Positions 39,261 through 51,791 are shown, counted from the first letter of the stretch. The stretch: DNA of 64,000 bases from Carcharhinus longimanus (GCA_030264375.1 JASCQW010000162.1:84758593-84822592), one strand, 5' to 3'. The notes: a model not told the origin generated them from the sequence alone. Translations and numbers: made by a program.

Positions 39261-41169
39261 CTTCTCCAAATGATTTTTCTTCTCCAATTTTCTCCAAAAG
39301 TTCATTGGCCTGAAGCATTAACTGTTTCTCTCCACCATGGCTGCCTGACCCAAGTGTTCTGACACAACAGTACACAGAAGCTATCTATTCAATCTAACAA
39401 ATCCATATTCAACAAGTCTCCTCCTATCCCTCTTTATCTAACTCAATCACATGAACCTCTATTCCCTCCCCCCATGTGTGTACCTGCCCGAACCACACAA
39501 TTGGTGTTAATGATTTCAATTACAGCATTTTTCTTCAATTAAACTGTGTACAACATAACCTTTCTATTTAATTATTTCTACAGCACATGTTGGGCACAGG
39601 AGAATGGTGTTGTCAAGGCAGGTTAAACAATTGCTTAACTGCCGCGTCAACAAAAACACTTGAATACGGCCTCTGCATCTTACTGTTTCATTAACTGTGA
39701 AGAGTCATTATTAGATCAAATACCCACAAAGAAATCATCACCTCAGATGTTACTGCTTGCACGGCAAGCTAATAAAAAGAGACCTCTAATATGTTTCTGG
39801 GTAGAGAGAAAAGATGGAAGTTACCTTTAAAAATTTGCTGAATACAATTTAAGTTCAACAAAAGTATCAATGTGCGTATTTTAATAATAAAAACATCAAA
39901 TGTAATAAAGAATTACCGTTTCATTAATAAAAGCTAAAATTTAGCAGATGTATGCATTCGTCTGAACACCAAGTTGTCATTTTGATCGGTGATGCAATGT
40001 ACATTCGTGACAATTTTTAAGTTATATTTACAAACACTGCAAAACAGATTTTTCCTATTTAAATTCTATTTGGCTTTCTGCAGTCCAAGTGAGAACTTCT
40101 GTTCAACAATTTACAGAAAGAAGGAGGAATCAACAAAAAAAAACAGGGACAAAGAGGTCTACCAAAAGCTGAAAGTTTAATATTGGTTATTTCAGCTATT
40201 CAAGAAGGAAAATTCCTTCACACACTTTACAATACAGACACGCCAAGACCTTAGCAATCAAACAGACTATGCAAAAACTATTTGTATATGTGAGCACTAA
40301 CTTGAATTACTGCTATAAATCCTTGTTAGCACATCATCACTTTTGCAATTAGGTCATGTCTCCCTATTTACATTATTAAACTGAACATAACGCGCGCAGT
40401 TTTGCATGTGGCTGTTTCAATTCATGCGTCAAGTATCTGCCGAAGCATTCACGCAAATGAAACCTAATGTTGGGATTTACACAAAGAGACTACATCAACA
40501 CTAGATGCCCACTGAATGTTGGCTAAAAATGCCTACTTCACAGCAGACAGCTTGTTGGGCATTTTCTACAAACCTACAGCTGAAATAAATCACAAGCCAA
40601 CAACTTTGGCATGAATGGCTGCAAATCAAAGCTGGATGTGTTGGAAATACACAATAGATATATCATTGCCCAAAAGAAAAGACAAGTTAATATCGCAGTG
40701 CGGTTCTGCCACATAACCCTCCTATTCTCATTCAGATAACAATTCCTGGTAGTTTTAATGCTAGTTGAGACAATATGATTTACTGCCTCTGGCTATGAAC
40801 CCAGTTCTTGCAAACGTTTTTGATTCAATCAACAGGAAACATTGTAGAAACATGCAAATTAACGCCAAAATATTGAAAAGATAGACAAGGATTAAAAGAT
40901 AAAAATGAGTTCTAATTATAACTCCCCATTCCAAATAAAATGCAACGCACTGAAAAAATTCATCCAAAGTAAAAAGTCATTGTTAACAAGCTAGAATGTC
41001 TACTGTCAATCCAAGTCACTCAACACCCATTCTCCATGCTACCCTGTCCCCACCACCATTTGCCTTCTCATTTTCTACTCTGATCCCCTCACCTTGGTCA
41101 TCCTCCTCTCCCAGGTGCTATCAGTTTTTTCCTTTCTGCCCCTCAATTTCATCACCTATTGATGAAATT

Positions 41170-42300
41170 CGCCAGCCTCTGCCCTATAATCTGACCGCCC
41201 CCCTCACCCCAGCCCTCGCCCTAACCCTCGCCGCCCCCCTCTGCCCCTCATCCTTTGCCCCCTCACCGTCCCCTGCCCCTCGCCCTCACTCACGGGTTGT
41301 CCCGGTCGGGCCCGCGGCCCCGGCAGTCGATGGGGTTGAGTTCATCCTGGGGGAAGGCATGCTCCATGTAGTTCTCGTAGCCGAAGTAAAACATTCGCAG
41401 GGCGGCCTCCTTCATGCGGCGGCGCTGCGGCTCGGGGAAGGCGCTGTATTTGCGGCTGTACTCGCCGAAACTGTCCAGGAAATTGTAGCCGGGCCCGGCG
41501 GGGCCGGGGCTGGAGGCCGCGGGGGCCCGCCTCTTACACACCATCGGCTGGCCGGCCGCCCGCTGCCGCTTGGCCCAAGTCTGGTCAAACCAGGACGGCT
41601 TCTTGTCGCCTTGGGCCGGAGCCTCGACCTGTCTGACCATACTCAAGCAAACCCGGAAATGCACCANNNNNNNNNNNNNNNNNNNNNNNNNNNNNNNNNN
41701 NNNNNNNNNNNNNNNNNNNNNNNNNNNNNNNNNNNNNNNNNNNNNNNNNNNNNNNNNNNNNNNNNNAAAGGCACCAGGTTCTGGTAGAATCCCAGGCTGG
41801 GCCCGAAGCCGAAGAGGAGCCAGAGGGTGAGGTGAAGGCCCAGCCGCAGCAGCAGGAGGCCCAACACTATCGAACGCCATTGCATTCTTAGACTGGAGCC
41901 ACCACATCCCCTCAGCGAGCGAGAGGCCAGCGGGGGGAGGGGCAACTGCCTGATCCTGCCTCCGGCCACCGCCCATTGGACGGCCTCCCGATGTGCTGCC
42001 CGCTCATTGGTCCCTCGAACTGCCGTTCACACACTTAGCGGCGTCACGAACGTTTCCCCGCCCCCTCTCATTCTGACCAATGGGAAGGCGCAGCTAAACC
42101 CCGCCCTGAGAATACGCCGTCTTTTCCCCGTGATTGACAGACAATCTGACCAATCGACAGTAATCACATCACACATCGCATCCAATCCACGATCTACAAA
42201 CTAACACGTAAGCCAATCGCCGGCGTCAGGGGAGCAGACATAGAGACAAGGGCTGGGGGCTGGCTGAATGGGGCAGGTGTATTCTGTCCACAACCGCAAA
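41170..42300. promoter_or_regulatory. CpG island and EDEM1 promoter with six CCAAT boxes, GC boxes and TGACG half-sites
   Basis: The only strongly GC/CpG-rich stretch in the window. ATTGG at 41975 and 42006; CCAAT at 42077, 42150, 42182 and 42213; CCGCCC boxes near 41969, 42058 and 42101. Confidence 0.85.
41294..41885 (-). CDS. EDEM1: EDEM1 coding exon 1 (signal/anchor segment, disordered linker, start of GH47 domain); contains assembly gap 41667-41766
   Basis: [35 protein letters not shown] before the gap and ...[38 protein letters not shown] after it. Donor CC|GTGAGT, phase 2. The frame differs across the gap because the N length is arbitrary. Confidence 0.93.
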
Positions 42301-42414
42301 GTTCAGAAGAGGCAGTATTTAACTCAGAAACTAGGAGCAGGCTCTTTAAGCCTGCTTCGCCACTCACGGCTAACCATTAAATCTAGATCCCTTTAGCGTC
42401 TAGAGCTATGACTA

Positions 42415-42612
42415 GCGCGGTGGCACAATGAGTGGTTAGCACTGCTGCCTCTCCGCGCCAGGGACTTGGGTTTGATTCCGAGCTTGAATCAGTCTATGTG
42501 GAGTTTGCACCTTCTCCCCGTGTCTGCGTGGGTTTCCTCTGGCTGCTCCAGTTTCCTCCCACAGTCCGAAGATGTGCACATTAGGCAAATTGGCCATGCT
42601 AAATTCTGCCTT
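42415..42612 (+). mobile_element. HE1/V-SINE-like element just upstream of the EDEM1 promoter, followed by a Penelope-like end (42625-42662) and a gap
   Basis: GTGGTTAGCACTGCTGCC, GGGTTTGATTCC and the V-domain. Confidence 0.8.
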
Positions 42613-43069
42613 AATTTGCTCAGTAAAAAGTCTGACAACACCAGGTTTTAGTCCAACCTATTNNNNNNNNNNNNNNNNNNNNNNNNNNNNNNNNNNNNNN
42701 NNNNNNNNNNNNNNNNNNNNNNNNNNNNNNNNNNNNNNNNNNNNNNNNNNNNNNNNNNNNNNCCTACTTATGACCAATAAGTAAACTTTAATTTGGTCTT
42801 GAAATCAGAAGTTTTTGGATTCAACTACTTTGTGATAGTGAATTTGATACATTCAGCACCCAGATGGTTGTGAATGTATTTCTCATCTTACTTCTAAAAT
42901 CTTACTTATCCTCAAATTATAGTTTTGGACTCTGCCAACCATTGCCTCAAAACATTAATTGTGTTTCTCTCTCATCAATACTGTCTGACCTGTTGAGTAT
43001 TTTGAGCAGTCAGTTGATCTTAGATTTCCTGCATGTGTAATATTCTGCTGTTGTGGCACAAGGGCACAA

Positions 43070-43290
43070 GATTGGTCATTATCACATGGCTTATTGTGGG
43101 AGCTTGCCATGCACAAACAAACTTGGTTCCTCATGGCAATAACAATCCAGAGACATGGCAAGGTTCTGGCATCCAATACCACTACAGCAGGTGGTGACAT
43201 TTTAGCAATCACACTTCAAAAAGTTAATTTCAAAGTATTTTGGGACAGCCAAGGTTGCAAAAAGTGTTATATAAATGCAAGACTTCTTGG
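43070..43290 (+). mobile_element. DeuSINE (SacSINE1-like) 3' remnant
   Basis: ggtcattatcacat...tgtgggagcttgc and the tail tatataaatgcaag. Recognised from memory of the family consensus, not by search. Confidence 0.5.
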
Positions 43291-46200
43291 CTCACAAATG
43301 TCAAAGGCTTAGAGTTCTTTTCCAAGTGGCTCAGCTCTTGACTTTCCAAAGCTCTCCATCACCTATAAGGCAGAAGTAATACTTAAAACAGAGTGCTGGA
43401 AAAAGTCAAGTCTGGCAGAATCTATAGAGAAAAAAAAGTAACATTTCAAGTTCATTTGGCTCTCCCTCAAAAGAGGAAGAGGGAAAATATGTTAGATACC
43501 ATATTGTAGCTGGAAGAGATTGCAACATAAGTGTAGTTGAGGGAATGGGGGAGATCCTGAATGAATACTTTGCGTCGGTATTCACGAAGGAGAGGGGTTT
43601 GGTGTCGTGTANNNNNNNNNNNNNNNNNNNNNNNNNNNNNNNNNNNNNNNNNNNNNNNNNNNNNNNNNNNNNNNNNNNNNNNNNNNNNNNNNNNNNNNNN
43701 NNNNNNNNNNNTGAGTCCTGAAGTAATGAATTGTCTGTGTAGATATAGCTGTAATGTTCAGGTAATTCAACTCCATCCACAATAAAGCAGTTCACTTGAA
43801 CCAGTGGACAACCTCCATGATGCACAGCAGCAAATTGTCCCAAGTTTCTTTGGCAGCAATTCATCGCAACTATTTATACTATTTAGGAAATGGAGTATCA
43901 TCTCTATGCATTTCACCAAGTTGCACACCATGACAGTTTGGAGATATTACTACCCTATATGTCACTTGCCTCCAGCCAGTGAAGCACAGGAAGAGACAAC
44001 CATAAGAGGAATAATATTCCCAAAAGAATGCCAAAAAGGAATTCTGTAGAAAAACAACAAGAGTTAATGTTTCAGGTCAATTATCCTTCATCCTTGACAT
44101 GACACAGGAGACATTGAGGAAGATTAGAGCCTGAACTTCCTGAGTGGAAATTGTCTTTTCATAGTGTCAATCTGAAACTAACATTCTACAATGTTTAAGC
44201 CAAACAGAAAACCTAACTTTTCAGATACTGTCTGATCTAGGTGTTACAAATGTGAGGTTTTAAAAGATGGTTATGTTTAAACATGAGATGGAATAATGGA
44301 GAGGGATGCGATCTACCATAACCTGGGCTCTCAGTCCCCATGGTAGAGTGCTGTCAAAATGAATGTGGCACATTTAACACCTGGAAACAAAGGGAGTCTG
44401 ATGCTCTTGCCATTGCAGACTGACTTTCAGTCAAACTCAGAGAGGAAGTCTCAGGAGTAAGAGAGCATCAGCTGCAGGCAGCACAAGGGAAAAAAAGCAG
44501 TTTTCACTATTGCCAGCAAGTGAGATGGTATTCTCTCACCTCAGAGTCAGAACTGTGGAAATAAGCTGTGTGCTGCAGGTCAATTTAAGATTTCTTGCAA
44601 GATTGAAAGGACTTCTGACAGTCAACAGGTGTTAGGACTCAGCAAAAATGGTGAAAAGCAAGCCCATTGGGAACTGAGGTAGATTTGGACTGGGTCCTGT
44701 AAAGACCAATTCTGCTTATTCACAGCATCCTCACAGTCCTTGTGACAGTTCTGACACACTTGGGAGGGTATTTTCCAGACAAATCAAGTAAACAAACTCA
44801 AATTACATTCGGACAAATAGAGGAGTGTGCTGCAACATAAATATGGTGTGGGACTGTGGAACGAATAAGGGATATATTTTCTGTACTTGTATTAGTTGCC
44901 TACTAAGCAAGGTCTGGTTGATGGTGCTTTCAGTTTGTTAAATTTTGAAATCTTGTGCATTTCAGGTAAGTTACCAGGAATCCATAGTTATTAGTCTCTA
45001 GTGATTGTAGACAGCAGTGTTTGTCCAACACTTTCCTTTAATGCAAGATTGCCAGTAGTCGCAGCATATTTTCTTTGGACATACGCAAGACGAGCCCTAA
45101 TTTTGAAACCGAGTGGAGTATAGAAATTGCCAGATGAGAAAGGATCAAAGTCCAGCAAGTTTGTTTACCATTGTGGTAATCACATGATAGTGATAATGGA
45201 GCTGTTGACTAATTCTGGCAATCGATCTCTATCAATTAGTCTCAGACTTGGGCATTAGGGAAAACCCCAGTGGCTGTGAGCTTTTANNNNNNNNNNNNNN
45301 NNNNNNNNNNNNNNNNNNNNNNNNNNNNNNNNNNNNNNNNNNNNNNNNNNNNNNNNNNNNNNNNNNNNNNNNNNNNNNNNNNNNNNTGAGCTTTTAAAAT
45401 TACATTACTCAAATTGTATCTCAATGTAATTTAATCTGCTTCCACACATTAACTCACTGAATTATTTGATTAAATTTAACCCCTTCAAGTACCGGCCAGA
45501 TTGTCTAGTATTTTATTGTTCTTGAGAAGTGAAAATACCTTGTCATGGTCTACACAACCAAAATGCAACTCTGTGTGCAATATTTCAGTGTTTAAGCTGT
45601 AAATCTACAGAAGGGCTCAAATGATAGTCAAAAATGTTTTGAATTTGTTGCACTTAACCAAAAGAACAAGACACTATTTCTCCCTTTCCCCTCTACAGCT
45701 CAGAATAAAATATCACATCTTATGTTGAGGATAACCCCTCATTCAACATCCTCATTCAAACTACTCAGAATTGACTTTCAACATCCTGCACCAACTTCAG
45801 AAACTACATCAGTCATTCCATGTAATTGACTTAATGGCCAACCAATACTGTTCCATCATGATATACATCAGTTTATGGGGCAGCTAAACAATTTTCAGTC
45901 TTATCACCACTTCATTTGCGCTTTTTTGTTTGACAATCAGAACACCTCAACCTCTGCAATTCTCTTACTACAGCACATCAATTGTTTTCCACCATTAATG
46001 ATTAATATAATCATTTCACCCTACGAGCACTCTGAATATTTTCCACAGACGCAACCCAAATTCAGAAGTACCCTCCTGTCAACACAAGTTTCCCCTGTTG
46101 ATGGGGATGTTTCTCACAGAACATCACTGGAACTGTGACCCAGAATTTCCACCCAGATATCACTGCAATCTAGGCAGAATCCAGTCGAGTGAACAAGACT

Positions 46201-46899
46201 GTATAACTCAACATGTCACATCAATGGAAGTTGTGTGAATTCAAAGTAAGCAATTCTTAATTCCTGGAGTTCAAGAGTTTGACAAATGTTTTTAAAACCA
46301 GTCATGAATCAGTCCCCATTGTTATTGATGCTCAAGTTGAAATGATTTGGCACTGGCTCAAAAGACTGAAAGTAGTCCTGAAAACTGCCCCCAAAACTCT
46401 GGCATGGGCTTAATGTGCCAAATGGCCTCCTGTGCCACGATGATCAACCCTATGATTGGCTGCACACTAGGTCAGCATAGTGACTCTCCACCAAGAGTGG
46501 TCACTTTGTTGTGTTTGTCACGTTGCGTTCACAATCTCAGACACAGGCACCTGTGGTCATGTCAATTTATTGTTTCAAACTTTCATTTACAGTCACCAGT
46601 TAATTCAAGCCTCCCCCTTTAGTTTTCATATTGACGCGACAATTACTTTAAAATTCAGGTTAAGCAGGTTCAAGTTCAGTCAATAGCCTTAGGAATCCAA
46701 GGCATGTGACAAGTATTCATCCAAAACCACTGATTGATCTAAATTATTTAAACAATTTAAGTTTAAATTAGTTAAATTCAGTAAGCTAGCTCATGGCCAT
46801 GTTCAATCAATTGGTTATTATGAATAACACTGATCAAAGGTGCTGATCCATGAGAGATTTCAGAATCAGTCTTACACAAATGACTGAGCAGCTGCTTGT

Positions 46900-47330
46900 G
46901 TTGAGCTCCCACATCAAATACATTCAATAACCTAGCCTCCACTGCTTGGTGGCAGAGAGAATTCCAAAGACTAACAAGCCTCAGAAGATCCTCCTTAAAT
47001 GGGAGATGTGCCATTTTTAATACTATACACTCCCAAGTTCTAGATTCCTCCATGTGGGAAAGCTCCTTCTCAACTGTGTCAAGCCCCTCAAAATCTTGCA
47101 CGCTTCAGTAAGATTGCTTCTCATTCTTCAAAACTCCAATGAATATAGGCCTACTCTGCTCAACCTTTACCCCCAAGACAACACAGCCTTCACAGGAATT
47201 GAACCTTCTGAGCTGCCTCAACAATATCCTGTACAGTTGTAGCAACATTTCCTTTATAAATTGATCCCCTTTGAAACAAAGATATTCAATGATCCTTTGT
47301 AGGTACCTGCAGGGTAACTGATTGCAAAAA
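46900..47330 (-). mobile_element. Degenerate CR1 3' fragment
   Basis: LRLVSLWNSLCHQAVEARLLNVF. Confidence 0.7.
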
Positions 47331-47723
47331 CATCAAGATCCTTTATAGTGCAATATTCTGTTTCTCCATTTAAATATTCTGATGGTACCTTTTATGATAA
47401 AACTGGGTAATACTGGCAAAAAAGGAGGGAGGCGCTTAAACAGTTAAGTAGCAGGAAAATCTATGGGACTAAAAGCTGACAAGGCCCTGGCCCTTACGGC
47501 CTGCATCCAACAAGGCTCTTAAAGTCACTGCAGAGATAACGGATACATTGGTTCTAATCTTCAAAATTCTCTAGATTTAGAAGGCAGCCTAAGTCAAATT
47601 ACACATCAACTTCTGAAACATCAGATGTGCCTGCTAACTGTTAGCTTGTCCATAAACAAAAAACTGAACAGCTGAAATTTGAATGACGACAAATATGACA
47701 ATACTATGCCCTCATTAACTCCA

Positions 47724-47729
47724 TTTATT
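47724..47729 (-). terminator. Candidate ARL8B polyadenylation signal AATAAA (3' UTR about 47700-48471)
   Basis: AATAAA on the minus strand followed by a GU-rich tract. Repeat-derived sequence resumes just beyond it. Confidence 0.5.
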
Positions 47730-48471
47730 TCAACAGAAGTGGGAGAGCACAATTATTCACAAGTCAACTAAATAGAAAAAGTAAACCAATTCCACATATA
47801 TTATTTACAATTCTTGTAATTGGAAGTTTTGCATGCACGGTTACAGAAAGGTCACATGTTGCCCAATAGTGTCAAGACTCTAATGTTGAAGCAGTGTATT
47901 CAACCAGCACATCCAATGCATAAATTTCAGTTATAGCATGTTAAATAAACTTCAGTGATGGTCCCCCAACTACAATGGACATATTCTATTTGTATGCAAA
48001 AGCTTATGACTAAATTAAATACTGTACCAACAGTGAACATTTAAAAAATTCTAGTGACATTGAAATATCTACAGCACCAACACAAGAATGGGGTGCAATG
48101 CAACATGCTCCATAACCCCATTTGTAAGGACATTAATGGTGAGAGATTGATAAAAGCTATAAAACATTACTTGATACTGCAGATTCCAAACACATGAGGC
48201 TAAGAAATAAGCATGATTATTTTCATTGGCTCTTCCTTGTGCTTTTCTATCACTGACTTCAACATTTGTCTCAATCATGATTTTTATATAATGGCATTTG
48301 TAAAGCAAGTCAGTCTCTCACAATGAGAACATACTTTTCAGCGGTATGTGTCATGAGGGACTCGAAGTATTTCAATATATTCAGAATAGTGTATTTCTGC
48401 AGGTTGAAGAATGAAGTAAACTGAGTGGAGAAAGGACTGTGGCCAATCACATGGATTTTCACCGCTGAATT

Positions 48472-48521
48472 TCAGCTTCTTCTGGATTTTGAGTGCTGAA
48501 TAAGCCACTGCAGAGTGATAT
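48472..48521 (-). CDS. ARL8B: ARL8B last coding exon with TGA stop
   Basis: ttag|AT ITLQWLIQHSKSRRS*, the ARL8 C-terminus. Confidence 0.93.
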
Positions 48522-48736
48522 CTAAAAATAGAAAAATGCAAGTTAATGATCTGTAAAAATGTCCAGCTTCTTTCACTAACCCAATTAAAACAGACAGGTC
48601 TATATCAAAGGTAGTTCATTTTATTTTGATAACAAAGACTCTAACTTCTCACTTGTACAATAGATAGGGAATGTGCAAAAACCTCGTCTATTTGATTTCA
48701 CATACAGTATATTAAACAGCTCAAAATTTAAAATAT

Positions 48737-48907
48737 AGAAAATGCTGGGAAGAGAAATCAATAAGTCTGGCAGCATCTGTGGAGAGAGAAACAGAGTTAA
48801 CATGGTGTCCAATATGACTGTGCTTCTGAACTTTAAATCGGACTTAAAACATTCCTCTCCACAGATGCTGCCAGATTTGTTTTTATTTCAGATTTACAGC
48901 ATTTTCT
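48737..48907. repeat. Palindromic, Penelope-derived or MITE-like element
   Basis: Perfect 21-bp inverted repeat (48766-48786 / 48855-48875) and outer 11-bp inverted repeat (48737-48747 / 48897-48907). Relatives occur at about 30465-30585 and 38110-38290. Confidence 0.8.
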
Positions 48908-49564
48908 TTTGTTCCAAATTCAGTGCTGACAGTTATTTATATTAAACAGGACTCAACACAGGCACATAACATTGCTGAAATACTCTCGCATGTGCAGGAT
49001 TCTACAACTCATTTAATTGAAATTTAAGCTTAAAGCTAATTTCAAAGCTTTTGCAGCTGAAGTTCAACTTGGGCTGATCCGGTTTGTAACACTGCATCTG
49101 GTTAACAGTTTGATACTCATTTGTAAATATGGTATTTTCTAGAACTGCAACTGAAAATTTAATTACGAACTGTATTTTTCCCCTGGTTGAAATATGCAAA
49201 GCAATACTCTGCACGTGTAGTCCGATTCAGAATAGAATTCATCAACTGTGATGATAATTTACCATACAGTCTACAATACAAACAAAATTCAAAGTCTCTG
49301 TTGTTGGTGAAACAAATCCTGGACCTGTACCAATTCTCTTTAAGATCACCCTGTAAGATGGCTTTCCTACCTGGTTCATATGCTATGAGATCCTTCTCAA
49401 AACATGAACTTGTTTCTTCAGACACTAACCTTATATTTCTCATTGCATTTTTTATTTCAGATTTCTACCTTACAAGGTTGACTTAGGGAAAAAGCAACAT
49501 TTTTAATAACTTGTCTGAAAAATATCTTTGAACCATCACTGAAGTGAGCAACTTAATCACTGAA

Positions 49565-49885
49565 TCATAGAACCCTACAGTGCAGAAAGAGGCCCTTCGG
49601 CCCATCAAACAATCCCACCCAGGCCCTACCCCATATTATACCCACTAATCCCTCTAACCTACACATCCCTGGACACTAAGGGGCAATTTCTTAGCATGGC
49701 CAATCNNNNNNNNNNNNNNNNNNNNNNNNNNNNNNNNNNNNNNNNNNNNNNNNNNNNNNNNNNNNNNNNNNNNNNNNNNNNNNNNNNNNNNNNNNNNNNN
49801 NNNNNGCAGACAGTGAACCGAGCCAGGAATCGAACCCAGGACCCTGGAGCCGTGAAGCAGCAGTGCTAACCACTGTGCCGCCCTG
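49565..49885 (-). mobile_element. HE1-like SINE spanning a gap
   Basis: GGCGGCACAGTGGTTAGCACTGCTGC...GGGTTCGATTCC, with the CR1-like tail gttctatgattc. Confidence 0.85.
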
Positions 49886-51139
49886 ATCCTTAGTTGATCA
49901 CCAAGCTGAAGCATCTGTGCAATTTATCAAAGTAGATTTAAAACCAGAATTGTTAAATTACATTTAATCCCAGAATTTAGCAGGTACAAACTGAATTTAT
50001 TACAACATAGCATGCTTTGTTTAACAAGCCCATAGCCACTTAAGTAAGCATTATCTGCAAGCTTGATGAATTTTTCAAAGAATTACACAATTCCTCCAAT
50101 AATTGATCTGGAGTTAACCGTCAGCTTACACAACTCTCCACCGGTTGTTGATGGCCCAAGTATCCACACAACTTATTTCCCCTCTTCACCCCATACTATT
50201 GGTGAATTATGTCATTATCTTCAAGGTATCACTAAAGCTGACTGGATTTTGGCCTCCTCTAACCGTCCAGAGAAGACACCCAAGCATTACTATCAAGTAT
50301 AACCATGAAATAGAACTAATTGTACTACAAACTGTGCTGTAACAGTTTCACATCCACAAGATCCTGCATTCAAGTACATTAAATTGCATAATTGTACTTA
50401 CCAGTGAGGTGCCTAATAAACATGCTGGAAAAAGTGTAAGGCTTTCTCCATTGAAGTGCAACAGTGTGTGACAATTATTGCCTGAATCTTTTGCACTGAA
50501 AACTTATAAAAAGTGTGGTGTCTCATTTCTTCACACTGTTGCAAATTTTAAAATTAAAAATGTCACCTATAATTCCATTTTCTCTTCTCTATTTCACTTT
50601 TTCTAAGTGATCTACAATTGATTTAAATATTTTAGTTAACATTTCCTGGTTCAGACTCAGGATTTTTCATCTCATTTGGTTAAGGAAACACCCATTGCTT
50701 GCCTCACCAACTGAGGTGTCTGTAAAGGATTCCAAGTTTTCTTGACATTAAATACCTTAAGTTTACAAAGTCTGTAAGTGCAATTAATGGTGTGTACCCT
50801 TTGCTGACTGCAAAATCTGGGCCAAGACATTTGAAGAGGGACCAGTGAATTTCATCTTGAAACCACAGAAGCACTGACCTTATTCATGGACTCAAGCCAA
50901 GTCAGGTTACCTAAATCACTGGTAACACTCATTCACCAACTCCACCTGGTATGGTACAGAGCTTTCCTTGATCACATTGAAGATCAATATAAAAGCAGTC
51001 TCAAAGTTTGATCGGATGGAGAAGGTTGTGAACAGTCCTATTTTCTGAAGTGAGGGGGCGATCAGAACAACCCAACAAAAACTAAAGTCAGATCAATTAG
51101 CTGTTTGGTAGCACAGAACCTGAATATTGTTGAAAACAT

Positions 51140-51545
51140 CTATTGTTAGATTTGATTCTGAGATTGGGCAGCACCTGCTGAACAATAGAGTACACTAATA
51201 GCTGCAGTAGTAAGCAATTTGAGAAATCAATTGAAGTGTGGCTCATTTACACTTTCTAGAAGTGACATACATTTGTATGCAGTGAGGCATCCGTGGCAAA
51301 CAAAAGGAACGTGTTCAAGCATTACAACATTTTTTTTTAAGTTCCCAGGAGCTTGGGAAGCCTACATATAGCTCCCTATTTATATCTGCATGGCCACACC
51401 TTAGCCAAGACTTGATATGCCAACAAATTGGCACTTCTTCCCTGCAGTATAAATTGTGATGGTTTGAAATTGGGTTTTCTTGCATTTGTCCTGAACAGTG
51501 AAGACAAAAGGCTTTGCTAAATTTCTCCTTTCAGCAATATTCAAG
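51140..51545 (+). mobile_element. Penelope-like element 3' remnant (GIY-YIG-associated C-terminal region)
   Basis: Decayed frames give FDSEIGQHLLNN and VAHLHFLEVTYI...KQKERVQAL. A decayed hammerhead-like motif follows at about 51491-51515. Confidence 0.6.
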
Positions 51546-51791
51546 TTCTGTACTAGTCATGCCACTCAATTTCAGATAGACAAGACCAACTCTTCATTAT
51601 TCCATACTAACTTTGGCCAGCTCATACTAGTTCAAATATCAGTTGTTCTGTACTTTTTAGATCCTTGTAAGAGGCCCACAACAGAAACTGATAGCTGTGC
51701 AGTTTCACTGTTTCTCCCCCTTCCTTTGTTAAATTGAGTGACATTCCAAAACACTAAATAGTACAAATTTCCTTTATCAATTTTTTCCTAC

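Larger units (their letters stand above)
9616..41885 (-). other. EDEM1: EDEM1 gene span (start codon to stop codon, 12 coding exons)
   Basis: Twelve exons read manually, all bounded by AG/GT, with phases that join in frame. The peptide starts [18 protein letters not shown] and ends [12 protein letters not shown]47 motifs [29 protein letters not shown] and FTTEGH are present. Confidence 0.97.

Noticed and set aside
40996-41787. 263-aa plus-strand ORF
   Set aside because: Antisense shadow of the GC-rich EDEM1 exon 1 and intron start. It is low complexity and spans a gap.
41290-41976. 228-aa ORF as the true EDEM1 N-terminus
   Set aside because: It joins two frames across the N gap. The conserved start is MQWR at 41885.
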